Positions 13,717-26,900 of a DNA stretch of 64,000 nt are shown piece after piece. Numbering within the stretch: position 1 is the first letter of the stretch; every line of letters starts with the position of its first letter. The DNA is taken from the NCBI RefSeq assembly GCF_964355755.1, contig NC_092672.1, forward strand, positions 33,362,437 through 33,426,436. Reading direction: 5' to 3'. Source of the stretch: Antedon mediterranea. Taxonomy: Eukaryota > Animalia > Echinodermata. Position numbers and translations under genes: made by a program. The notes below the pieces were generated by a model. It was not told where the DNA came from. It saw nothing but the letters and a program-made list of their open reading frames with translations, and searched no databases.

Positions 13717-14161
13717 CGTTGAGTTGAGGACGTACAGCCCTTAAAGTGGCTACTGATGAGAATAATATAATCTCTTATTGTCATCAGTAACAAACACAGT
13801 AATCGCTAAACAGTCCGAGTCGTTCGAGGACGTCGTACTATCAGAAAAACAACCAGTACACGTCTACAGCATTTACTTGCTGATTGAATTAATTTTTGTT
13901 TTACTTTTATAAACAACTTTTGAATGGTTTTTGAATATCCCACAATTCACTGTGCATGATCGTATGTTTGTTTATGGATATCATTATATATCTTCTTATT
14001 TTTATTATTCTTTCTAATAATCCACGAATTTATAATGTAATAACACAAACCACAATATTATATTTATTGATTATTTATATACAATTTAATAGTCTCGCTG
14101 CCTCGATAAACTTATATATGTTTTAAATGCGTTTTTATTGAATGTAATAATAATAATAATA

Positions 14162-14767
14162 ACTAGAGGGTACTCCGAGAGTACAAACCTCCGCCTACTG
14201 TAAAATTCCCCTACATAAAATGCCCGCAGAATATTTTTTTTTTACATTTTTTTTTATTAGTTCTAAGTGTAAATATGTTAACTGCACACTACAAAGTTGT
14301 GGATGACAGTGTGGTGTAATGGTTATGTATCCAGCCTCTCACAGTTGAGATCGCTGGTTCAAGTCCCACTAAGGGTTTTTTTTTAATTATTTTTTTATTT
14401 TTATTTTTTTTTTTTTGTGGACCTTGATCTTTGACCCTGACCCTTCAAAATTTAACCACAATTATATGATGTGTCATTGATCATTGTGGCTAAGTTTGGT
14501 GACAATCAGATCAAAACTGTGGTCTCTGGGCAGTAAAATAGTATTTTGTTAGTTGTGACCTTGATCTACTGTATCACCTTTTCCCTTCAAATTCGAACTC
14601 ATCCAAGCTTTTGGGGTATAGATTATTGTGGCCAAATTTGGTGGCCTCCAGGCTGTTCACAGACACACACACAAACACAAAAACACACACACAAACACAC
14701 AAACACACACACAAACACACACACAAACATACAGGGGTGAAAACATAGCCTCCTTGGCGGAGGTAAT
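14162..14767 (+). mobile_element. Non-autonomous Helentron/DINE-like element with internal tRNA-like segment and (CA)n tract
   Basis: Subterminal inverted repeats ACCTCCGCC / GGCGGAGGT, 3' hairpin CCTCCTTGGCGGAGG, CACA microsatellite, A/B-box-like TGGTGTAATGG...GGTTCAAGTCC at ~14306-14374. Inverted near-identical copy at 53500-54056. Family assignment inferred. Confidence 0.6.
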
Positions 14768-14961
14768 AATAATTTATTGGGAACTTCACTTTTATAACAG
14801 TGGCACACTTCACATTTTGAATGTATAATAAAAAAAATAAAAATATATAATAAATGAATGCACAAAATAGACAAATACATAAGTAATCTTACTTTATCTA
14901 CAGTACATAACATCTAATAAACCCATTCACAATGCTTTAAAAATGGGATGTTCAGTGCTGT

Positions 14962-17900
14962 TCAAACGGATGCGGGCGTGCTTATATGGCACCGCTCGAC
15001 CGAATAGCTATCTTTGTGGTCATTGTCTTCTTCACTACTTTCAAATGCTGGATTTTCTACATCAGCTGTAAAGCTACTAGCGGTAAACCGATTTTTCTGA
15101 GGTGTGATTTTCGGTAATGTTGAATTAGATAATACACTGTTGTTACTGTTAGCTGGTCTATGTGAATAATTTGATAACTTTTGCGGTAAGTACCTTTTCG
15201 TGTTACGTTTCTTTAAATCTTTAAATTCTTTCTGTCTGAACGTGAACAAATAGAATATTGCGACTCCCTGGAAAGAGTTAAAAACGCAGAACAATATTAC
15301 AAACACGTGATCAGCTTTGCTCTCAAAAGACAGAAATCCAAAAACCCATGTCAGGCCTAAGAGGAAAGATATAGCGATAGCATTGAAGACCCGTTTCTTC
15401 TTTTCTTCTAGAGTTGCATTTTTGTTCAGCATTGCGTTAGATCGCGAGCAGTATAAACTTTTAAGAACCAATACGAATATAATAGAGTTAAAAAAGATGG
15501 CGATTGCGATTGGAATAAGAACAGCGTAGATGAAGACGTCGAATTCCATTGTGTTGAGATAACAACTGTAAGACATTATAAATTAGTTTTTAGTAATAAG
15601 GCATGATCAATGATATTATATAGCCAACTTATTACAACTCTCTGGGCATGATAGATATCAGGATCAAGAAAATGGCCAATAGAAGAAAATATGTGTACAA
15701 GTTTATTATTACTATTGTAAAGGCAGTACACTTACTAGTATTTGTTTTCATAGAACGACACATCTACTGTTAGTAGAACTATCGGTGGTATGCACGGAAT
15801 ACCTAGAGAAATTAATTTCTTGTTTATCACCTACTAGCTATAATATAGTTGGTGATATATTTTATTATTATTAATATCTTTATTTTTTTTTATTTTATTC
15901 ATTTCGGCAATAAACATGAAATAATAATTACAAAACATAGATATATATATATAAGAAGTACAAGACACAAAGCCGAGGAGAGACAAAAGCATTAAACAAA
16001 ACGCTGTCACCGGTAAGGTGTGTCTCTGAATGCCTGTTTGAAAAGTATTATGTGATAACTATAAATGGTAGAAAAACTAATTATATAACATAGTACGTCA
16101 ATCAACGTGTCACACATTAATAGTGAGTGCATTTAGTATATAATAAATCTTGAACATTAATGCTGTATACTGTATATCCTTTCGTGACGTCACTGAGGAT
16201 GTTTTATGTATTCATTAAAAAATTAAATACGACTTTACACTTAGATTAGAATTGATTTAGCATAGAAAGTCGATAACATTAATCAACAACATTGCCAACA
16301 TCTATAAACATATGGTACTTACCCCAAGCGAAGACCATTGAAAACCACAAAAACTTCGAGGACTTTGCGTTGAAAACTTTAACAAACAACAAATACATAT
16401 TGACTGCTTCCATGGATGTCCATGCGACAGACGTCAACAGAAAGTAATGTAACAATACAGCTATTGTTGTACAAGCTACAGTTTCTGGAGTTGCAGTATC
16501 GATGCCACATATGAATGTGAGATATAGGCAAGTTAGTGAGATGGAAAGGTTTAACAATATTTTCTGAGGTTGACGTTTGCGAAGAGTTCTGTTGAAAAAG
16601 TAAAACTATTATTTATGTATTTTGATATAACCTATTGACCCTTTTCGACCAAACGAAATTAATAATAATTGTTGAAACAAACCCAGGTAAATAAAAGCTA
16701 TGGAATTATCAGTGAATGTTGGTTCTAGCATTCTAGCTAGTGTATAAACTACAGCTTTGGGTCAATCGTACACCCATTCAATTGCCTAATTTTGCCTGAA
16801 TGAATAGCACATTATAAATTCTTCCAGGCAGTTTAGTAAAAGTTATACTTTAATAATTATGCCTGAGCAAATCAGTTTGAAAAAAAGGAAGACTTACTTT
16901 ATTGATAGACTAACAACGATTGTCACCAGTAGGCACAATATTGACATCACACATCCTACATACGTTAATATGTCCAAAAACAATTCAAACGTGTCCGCCA
17001 AGTCATTATCAAACTGAAAACATTTGAAAAAAATAAAATTGCTCGATTCTATTATCATTTGAATGTTGATAAGAATTTTCAATTTAACTTAAATGAAAGA
17101 ATAAACGTGAAACTTACAAATAAAACTGCAAAATTTGTAAGATGTGTACAGTTACATGTAATACTGCCATCGTTGTCGTCCATATCAACGCGCGTACATC
17201 CCTCTTCTGACCAATCACCAAAGTCATTGAGAGTTGTGTTCCAAAACACACAAGTAGCATTTTGATTTGCATAAGCCTGCTCAAAATAAACAAAAATATT
17301 TTGAATCAACGCAATAGATTGATTCCCAATTAGAGCGCGTTACGAGACATTTGACCAACAATTATAACTTATGGATCATCCAAACTGTCCATTGTGATTG
17401 GTCAACTCACTGGCATTGCGCCAACGTCGTTGCGTAAAAATCAAGCTTAAGAAAAATGTGTAGGTTAACCTAAAACACATCATAAATAAAGTTTTTTTCT
17501 GAACATTACACTGTACCTTAGCAACATTGAAGACAATTTTAACAGGTTCTTCGAACACGGGTGGAAGGCTGTCGTCATACACAGTGGCTGATAGAATAAC
17601 ACTCGATAATTTTAGATCTTGATAACTCGACGACTGGAATAATTTTGAATTGTAATATGATATAAAACTCACGTTGGACCACGCATTATCTGTTAAAAAT
17701 AATAAATGTGTATCATTTGGGCCACAAGACATACTGTACCCTAGTAACTTCGGCATAGCATTAACACTAGTACTTCTGTGTACTTAAAACTGTAATTCAA
17801 TCAGTTTGACTATTATGTAGAAGTACTAACAATTGACCAAATGTAATACTGTGTACATACCTCGTGTAACCAGATCACGTGATAAGGTGATAGACTGGTC

Positions 17901-20900
17901 ATAGGCGCTACAACGACCATCATCACAAACCTCAGTCACTTTCTTATCTTCTTCCACCAGGAATACAACATCATGTCTAAGATTATCAGAGTCGAAACTT
18001 AAAATCTGCACAGACAGCGTGTCTTCATGTTCAGTATAATTCTGACCATCAGTGGCTGCTGTACTAATTTGTTGTTCCAATGACTCAAGAATGCTAGAGG
18101 TTGTCTCATGAGGGAGGTCAGTGCCTGATGAATCAGTTGAGAGCACTGCATCTACAATATCAACTACAGCATCGGTCACCTATAAACAGCCATAACACAG
18201 TATAATGCACGGTTTATGCTCTAAAGGCTTCACTAAAATATGAAATTACTAGTACTGGTGTGCAGAATAGATGGCATTTCACATGTACTTTTCATGTTTT
18301 GGTTACTACTCTACTGTACATCCAGAAATCAAAACCATGAATCATTGGAACCAATTATCTATGTGGTGTATATCATCATATTTCATGTAGGTTATGCATG
18401 CGGTTAATATCAATATATCAACCATCATGTATTCTAAGTTTCAATTTGTGTTTGTGTTTTTTTAAAACTTACATTTTCGTTTGTTGATTCAATATCAGTT
18501 ATGGTTTCCAGAGCTACGGATACTTCTTGTATATCAGCAGGTTGAAGGTCACCAGAGTCTTCTGCTTTCTCTACTATTTCCTCAAGCTCAACTGCAACCT
18601 GTTCTACATTCTCTTCAATGACACCACTCTATTAAAAATAACAATAAGAATAAGATAAGATTTTTTTTGAGTTTCTAACTTAATTTTTACAAAATTTAAC
18701 TAAATATGACAATGAGCCTAAACTTACCTGTGTGAGGTCTCTGATTTGTGTAGATAAATCAGTTTCTATAATATCAAAACATTCAGAATAATATTAAAAA
18801 TAACGATTGTTATTGTTGTAATCAAGTGTTTTTTTTTTTTTTTATCTTATGTGGGTTCATCCCACTTTTATTTCCAAACCACTGTTCTCTTTACATATAT
18901 TTTTCACTATACACTATACATATCATTATATTTACAATGTTTGTTTAATCATCTGTATACATATACTTATTTATTCATTTGTTTACATATTATCACATTG
19001 ATTAAACATATTATCTGTAACACATTTTCATTAACAAGCTTATTTTTTTTCTTACATAGTTGTTTTTGATTTTTTCATCTACCACATTTTCATTTAACAA
19101 TGCATATTCTCTGTTATACTCATTACTTACTACATGTTTACTGTTAACATAATATTGTTCTCATCCTTTAACATTAATATTAATATTTTTGTTCTTTAAT
19201 GTTTACAAAACCAGCAGATCCTTTTTTGCATCTATAACTTCTTAAATTTTCATTTAACTTTTTTACTTTCTTCTCTTATGTGGATTCATTCCACTTTTTT
19301 TTTTTTTACTTATTTTCTTTAAAAAAAAACTATTTCCATATATTATTTTGTTTATACATACATTATCATTTAACCACATTGATTACATAGTTTCCTCTTT
19401 TTATACATATTATCTATAACACATTTTCATTAACAAAGCTTATTTTTTCTTACATAGTTGTTTTTGTTTTTTTTTTCATCTACATGCATATTTATTTCAT
19501 ACAATTATAATACGTTTATGTTTAATAAATCCATCCCATGGGTTTGTCCCATTTTATTTTTCTTTGGATTTATCTATGCAAACATATTTTCATTTAAACA
19601 ATGCATATTCTCTGTTATACTAATTACTTACTAACTTTTTACTGTTAACATTATATTTTCCTCATCCTTTAACATTGATTTTTTGGATCTTTAAATGTTT
19701 ACAAAATTTATTTCCAACAGATTATCCTTTTTTTGCATCTACAGTATAACCCATCAAAGTTTCATTTAACTTTTTTTTTCCTATGTGGGTTCATTCAATT
19801 ATTTTTTTTTACTTATTATTTATTCTATTATTTTTTTATACATACATTATCATTTAACAACATTTGTGTTTAATGATCCATTAAAAAAATTAGACATTCT
19901 TTTTTTTCTTTTTAACCATTTTATCATTTCAAAATTCCACATGCAGTAAGAATGTGCAAATTACATATATACGGTATATACCTATAATATGAAAGCTTTG
20001 ATGAAAACACTTCCCCACTTAAACCTAAACCTTCTTATCCTTCATATTTTTTTTTCTTTTTCCAATAAACTTAATATCTTTACTTTATAAATACAAAATG
20101 CTCCTAAAGTGTATAATTTATTTACGTAATTATTGTAAGTTTCAAATAAAAGTCTTTTGAAAGAAAAAACAGGAATATGTATGCTTACTGCTCTAATTAT
20201 TTCGTTTATCTCTCTCCATAAACATTTTACTGTTATGCACTCTACTAACATATGTTTATCATTCTCAATAACATTGCATGTGTCACAACATGGGGAATTT
20301 ACAAGTCTCCACCTATGTAATCTTTCATTTGTTGGCAATATTCTGTGCAACAATTTAAAATTAAAATGTGCCAGTTTTTTTTCTTTAAGACCAGAAACTT
20401 TCTTAACCCATATTTTTGTCCATAGCATATTACCAAATATGGATTCCCACTTAACCTGTGCCGTAGGTGTAATATATTGAGCATCTATTATGAATCTATA
20501 TAATTGTCTAGACGTCATATTTAAGACCTTATTGTTTGTAATAGGTATATCATTTACATTAATGTCATGTGTTGATTTTAAAATACATTTCCATTCTTTT
20601 GGAATGGCTTTCAATATACATGAATATTCACTGATCCAATTTTGTGTACATCTTAACCTTCTTTTTATCTCTATCGCAGGCTTAAACACATTATTATTTA
20701 TTACATCATATATTTTTAAAAACCCTGAACTAATCCAGTTACAGTTATATAACGGCTTCTTTTTAATACATATAGACTCATTACCCCATAATGATTGATT
20801 AATAATGTCATCATAGCTTATTGGTTCCTTATTTAATCTATTATTACAAGCATTAGCTACTGCTATAGACTTAATAACTGAGAGGTAAAATGGTGGTACG

Positions 20901-23900
20901 GATATATTACACGGAACTTTTGATAAATTTGAGGTTAATGATTTTGGGCCTATCTTTTCTATATGTATGTAATCAAGTGTTTGGTAACGGCAATAATAAC
21001 ATAAAAGTAGCTTAATTTTAAACTCTACTTTGTATAGCGTTATATAATTGAAAGACTTACCGACAGTTATGTAAAATGAGCAAGTATCCATCTGTCCGCC
21101 AACATCAGTTGTGGTGCATATAACCTTTGTAATTGATCCAGTTTGATAACATTCTCCCGGTTTACTTATACAATTAACCGACGGTGGTGGTGTTTCATCA
21201 TCGTTTGCTATTGGTACTATCCAATCAGGAGATATGTCCGTCGATGATATGTCACTTGGACATTCGATTGTTGGTGGAATGTTACCTATTTTTAATAAAT
21301 ATGGACAGTTTTTTTTTTATAGATATAACTAACATGATATAACTAACATTAAGTTATTTTAAGTTATAATATTATTTGATGCATAGACTCACTGAATTGA
21401 ACATACTGTACGTAAACATGATATACGAGGATGCTAAAACTAGTATTGTTTCATTGATTTGGTAACAGAGAGTTAAGAATAAGAAAAATAATACCAACGT
21501 TTAGTTGCTAATGGTTCTGATGTCGTCGTATCTGGTGTTGAATACGTTGTTTTTTGCGAAGTTGTTGATTTTGTAGACACTGTCGTTGTTCTTAGTAACT
21601 CTGTTATAAATTGTGTTGGTTCTAAAGTCGTTGTGTCTATCTCAATAGTGGTTATCTGTAACGTTGTTCCTGGTTCTGTTGTAATGGATAATAACGTTGT
21701 TGGTTCTAAAGTTGTTGCATCTGTCTCAACAGTGGTTTGCTGCAACGTTGTTCCTGGTTCTGTTGCAATGGATAATAACGTTGTTGGTTCTACAATTGTT
21801 GTGTCTGTCTCAATAGTGATTTGCTGCAACGTTTTTCCAGATTCTATTGTAAATGATGATAACGTTGTGAGGTCTACAGCTGATGTGTCTGTCTCAGCAG
21901 TGGTTTGATGCAACGTTGTTCGTGATTCTGTTGTAAACGATGGAAACGTTGTTGGTTCTACAGTTGTCGTATCTATCTCAACAGTTGTTGCATTTGTCTC
22001 ATTAGTGATTTTCTGCAACGTTGTTCCTGGTTCTGTTGTAAACGATAGAAACGTTGTTGGTGCTAGAGTTGTTGCATTTGTCTCATTAGTGATTTGCTGC
22101 AACGTTGTTCCTGATTCTGTTGTAAACGGTAGAAACGTTGTTGGTGCTAGAGTTGTTGCATTTGTCTCATTGGTGATTTGCTGCAACGTTGTTCCTGATT
22201 CTGTTGTAAACGATAGAAACGTTGTTGGTGCTAGAGTTGTTGCATTTGTCTCATTGGTGATTTGCTGCAACGTTGTTCCTGATTCTGTTGTAAACGATAG
22301 AAACGTTGTTGGTGCTAGAGTTGTTGCATTTGTCTCATTAGTGATTTTCTGCAATTTTGTTCCTGATTCTGTTGTAAACGATAGAAACGTTGTTGGTGCT
22401 AGAGTTGTTGCATTTGTCTCATTAGTGATTTGCTGCAACGTTGTTCCTGATTCTGTTGTAAACGATGGAAACGCTGTTGAGTCTACAGTTGTTGCATTTG
22501 TCTCATTTGTGATTTGCTGCAACGTTGTTCCTGATTCTGTTGTAAACGATAGAAACGTTGTTGGTGCTAGAGTTGTTGCATTTGTCTCATTAGTGATTTG
22601 CTGCAACGTTTTTCCTGATTCTGTTGTAAACGATAGAAACGTTGTTGGTGCTAGAGTTGTTGCATTTGTCTCATTAGTGATTTGCTGCAACGTTGTTCCT
22701 GATTCTGTTGTAAACGATAGAAACGTTGTTGGTGCTAGAGTTGTTGCATTTGTCTCATTAGTGATTTGCTGCAACGTTGTTCCTGATTTTGTTGTAAACG
22801 ATAGAAACGTTGTTGGTGCTAGAGTTGTTGCATTTGTCTCATTAGTGATTTGCTGCAACGTTGTTCCTGATTCTGTTGTAAACGATGGAAACGTTGTTGG
22901 TGCTAGAGTTGTTGCATTTGTCTCATTAGTGATTTGCTGCAACGTTGTTCCTGATTCTGTTGTTAACGATAGAAACGTTGTTGGTGCTAGAGTTGTTGCA
23001 TTTGTCTCATTGGTGATTTGCTGCAACGTTGTTCCTGATTCTGTTGTAAACGATAGAAACGTTGTTGGTGCTAGAGTTGTTGCATTTGTCTCATTAGTGA
23101 TTTGCTGCAACGTTTTTCCTGATTCTGTTGTAAACGATAGAAACGTTGTTGGTGCTAGAGTTGTTGCATTTGTCTCATTTGTGATTTGCTGCAACGTTGT
23201 TCCTGATTCGGTTGTAAACGATGGAAACGGTGTTGGTGCTAGAGTTGTTGCATTTGTCTCATTAGTGATTTGCTGCAACGTTGTTCCTGATTCTGTTGTA
23301 AACGATGGAAACGTTGTTGGTGCTAGAGTTGTTGAATTTGTCTCATTGGTGATTTGCTGCAACGTTGTTCCTGATTCTGTTGTAAACGATAGAAACGTTG
23401 TTGGTGCTAGAGTTGTTGCATTTGTCTCGTTAGTGGCTTGTTGTAACGTTGTTCGTGATTCTGTTGTAAACGATGGAAACGGTGTTGGTGCTAGAGTTGT
23501 TGCATTTGTCTCATTAGTGATTTGCTGCAACGTTGTTCCTGATTCTGTTGTAAACGATAGAAACGTTGTTGGTGCTAGAGTTGTTGCATTTGTCTCATTA
23601 GTGATTTGCTGCAACGTTGTTCCTGATTCTGTTGTTAACGATAGAAACGTTGTTGGTGCTAGAGTTGTTGCATTTGTCTCATTGGTGATTTGCTGCAACG
23701 TTGTTCCTGATTCTGTTGTAAACGATAGAAACGTTGTTGGTGCTAGAGTTGTTGCATTTGTCTCATTAGTGATTTGCTGCAACGTTTTTCCTGATTCTGT
23801 TGTAAACGATAGAAACGTTGTTGGTGCTAGAGTTGTTGCATTTGTCTCATTTGTGATTTTCTGCAACGTTGTTCCTGATTCTGTTGTAAACGATAGAAAC

Positions 23901-26900
23901 GTTGTTGGTGCTAGAGTTGTTGCATTTGTCTCATTAGTGATTTGCTGCAACGTTGTTCCTGGTTCTGTTGTAAACGATAGAAACGTTGTTGGTGCTAGAG
24001 TTGTTGCATTTGTCTCATTAGTGATTTTCTGCAACGTTGTTCGTGATTCTGTTGTAAACGATGGAAACGGTGTTGGTGCTAGAGTTGTTGCATTTGTCTC
24101 ATTGGTGATTTGCTGCAACGTTGTTCCTGATTCTGTTGTAAACGATAGAAACGTTGTTGGTGCTAGAGTTGTTGCATTTGTCTCATTAGTGATTTGCTGC
24201 AACGTTGTTCCTGATTCTGTTGTAAACGATGGAAACGTTGTTGGTGCTAGAGTTGTTGCATTTGTCTCATTAGTGATTTGCTGCAACGTTGTTCCTGATT
24301 CTGTTGTAAACGATGGAAACGCTGTTGAGTCTACAGTTGTTGCATTTGTCTCGTTAGTGGCTTGTTGTAACGTTGTTCGTGATTCTGTTGTAAACGATGG
24401 AAACGGTGTTGGTGCTAGAGTGGTTGCATTTGTCTCATTAGTGATTTGCTGCAACGTTGTTCCTGATTCTGTTGTAAACGATGGAAACGTTGTTGGTGCT
24501 AGAGTTGTTGCATTTGTCTCATTGGTGATTTGCTGCAACGTTGTTCCTGATTCTGTTGTAAACGATAGAAGCGTTGTTGGTGCTAGAGTTGTTGCATTTG
24601 TCTCATTAGTGATTTGCTGCAACGTTTTTCCTGATTCTGTTGTAAACGATAGAAACGTTGTTGGTGCTAGAGTTGTTGCATTTGTCTCATTAGTGATTTG
24701 CTGCAACGTTGTTCCTGATTCTGTTGTTAACGATAGAAACGTTGTTGGTGCTAGAGTTGTTGCATTTGTCTCATTGGTGATTTGCTGCAACGTTGTTCCT
24801 GATTCTGTTGTAAACGATAGAAACGTTGTTGGTGCTAGAGTTGTTGCATTTGTCTCATTAGTGATTTGCTGCAACGTTTTTCCTGATTCTGTTGTAAACG
24901 ATAGAAACGTTGTTGGTGCTAGAGTTGTTGCATTTGTCTCATTAGTGATTTTCTGCAATTTTGTTCCTGATTCTGTTGTAAACGATAGAAACGTTGTTGG
25001 TGCTAGAGTTGTTGCATTTGTCTCATTAGTGATTTGCTGCAACGTTGTTCCTGATTCTGTTGTAAACGATGGAAACGCTGTTGAGTCTACAGTTGTTGCA
25101 TTTGTCTCATTTGTGATTTGCTGCAACGTTGTTCCTGATTCTGTTGTAAACGATAGAAACGTTGTTGGTGCTAGAGTTGTTGCATTTGTCTCATTGGTGA
25201 TTTGCTGCAACGTTGTTCCTGATTCTGTTGTAAACGATAGAAACGTTGTTGGTGCTAGAGTTGTTGCATTTGTCTCATTAGTGATTTGCTGCAACGTTGT
25301 TCCTGATTCTGTTGTAAACGATAGAAACGTTGTTGGTGCTAGAGTTGTTGCATTTGTCTCATTAGTGATTTGCTGCAACGTTGTTCCTGATTTTGTTGTA
25401 AACGATAGAAACGTTGTTGGTGCTAGAGTTGTTGCATTTGTCTCATTAGTGATTTGCTGCAACGTTGTTCCTGATTCTGTTGTAAACGATGGAAACGTTG
25501 TTGGTGCTAGAGTTGTTGCATTTGTCTCATTAGTGATTTGCTGCAACGTTGTTCCTGATTCTGTTGTTAACGATAGAAACGTTGTTGGTGCTAGAGTTGT
25601 TGCATTTGTCTCATTGGTGATTTGCTGCAACGTTGTTCCTGATTCTGTTGTAAACGATAGAAACGTTGTTGGTGCTAGAGTTGTTGCATTTGTCTCATTA
25701 GTGATTTGCTGCAACGTTTTTCCTGATTCTGTTGTAAACGATAGAAACGTTGTTGGTGCTAGAGTTGTTGCATTTGTCTCATTTGTGATTTGCTGCAACG
25801 TTGTTCCTGATTCGGTTGTAAACGATGGAAACGGTGTTGGTGCTAGAGTTGTTGCATTTGTCTCATTAGTGATTTGCTGCAACGTTGTTCCTGATTCTGT
25901 TGTAAACGATGGAAACGTTGTTGGTGCTAGAGTTGTTGCATTTGTCTCATTGGTGATTTGCTGCAACGTTGTTCCTGATTCTGTTGTAAACGATAGAAAC
26001 GTTGTTGGTGCTAGAGTTGTTGCATTTGTCTCGTTAGTGGCTTGTTGTAACGTTGTTCGTGATTCTGTTGTAAACGATGGAAACGGTGTTGGTGCTAGAG
26101 TTGTTGCATTTGTCTCATTAGTGATTTGCTGCAACGTTGTTCCTGATTCTGTTGTAAACGATAGAAACGTTGTTGGTGCTAGAGTTGTTGCATTTGTCTC
26201 ATTAGTGATTTGCTGCAACGTTGTTCCTGATTCTGTTGTTAACGATAGAAACGTTGTTGGTGCTAGAGTTGTTGCATTTGTCTCATTGGTGATTTGCTGC
26301 AACGTTGTTCCTGATTCTTTTGTAAACGATAGAAACGTTGTTGGTGCTAGAGTTGTTGCATTTGTCTCATTAGTGATTTGCTGCAACGTTTTTCCTGATT
26401 CTGTTGTAAACGATAGAAACGTTGTTGGTGCTAGAGTTGTTGCATTTGTCTCATTTGTGATTTGCTGCAACGTTGTTCCTGATTCTGTTATAAACGATGG
26501 AAACGCTGTTGAGTCTACAGTTGTTGCATTTGTCTCATTTGTGATTTGCTGCAACGTTGTTCCTGATTCTGTTGTAAACGATAGAAACGTTGTTGGTGCT
26601 AGAGTTGTTGCATTTGTCTCATTAGTGATTTGCTGCAACGTTGTTCCTGATTCTGTTGTAAACGGTAGAAACGTTGTTGGTACTAGAGTTGTTGCATTTG
26701 TCTCATTGGTGATTTGCTGCAACGTTGTTCCTGATTCTGTTGTAAACGGTAGAAACGTTGTTGGTGCTAGAGTTGTTGCATTTGTCTCATTAGTGATTTG
26801 CTGCAACGTTGTTCCTGATTCTGTTGTAAACGATGGAAACGTTGTTGGTGCTAGAGTTGTTGCATTTGTCTCATTAGTGATTTGCTGCAACGTTGTTCCT

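Noticed and set aside
14306-14374. tRNA gene (also ~53838-53905 and ~56515-56590)
   Set aside because: A/B boxes are present but there is no clean cloverleaf, and each is embedded in an interspersed repeat
14962-14976. C-terminal PDZ-binding motif (TPASV)
   Set aside because: Position -2 is Ala rather than Ser/Thr, and the ending is not conserved in D or E
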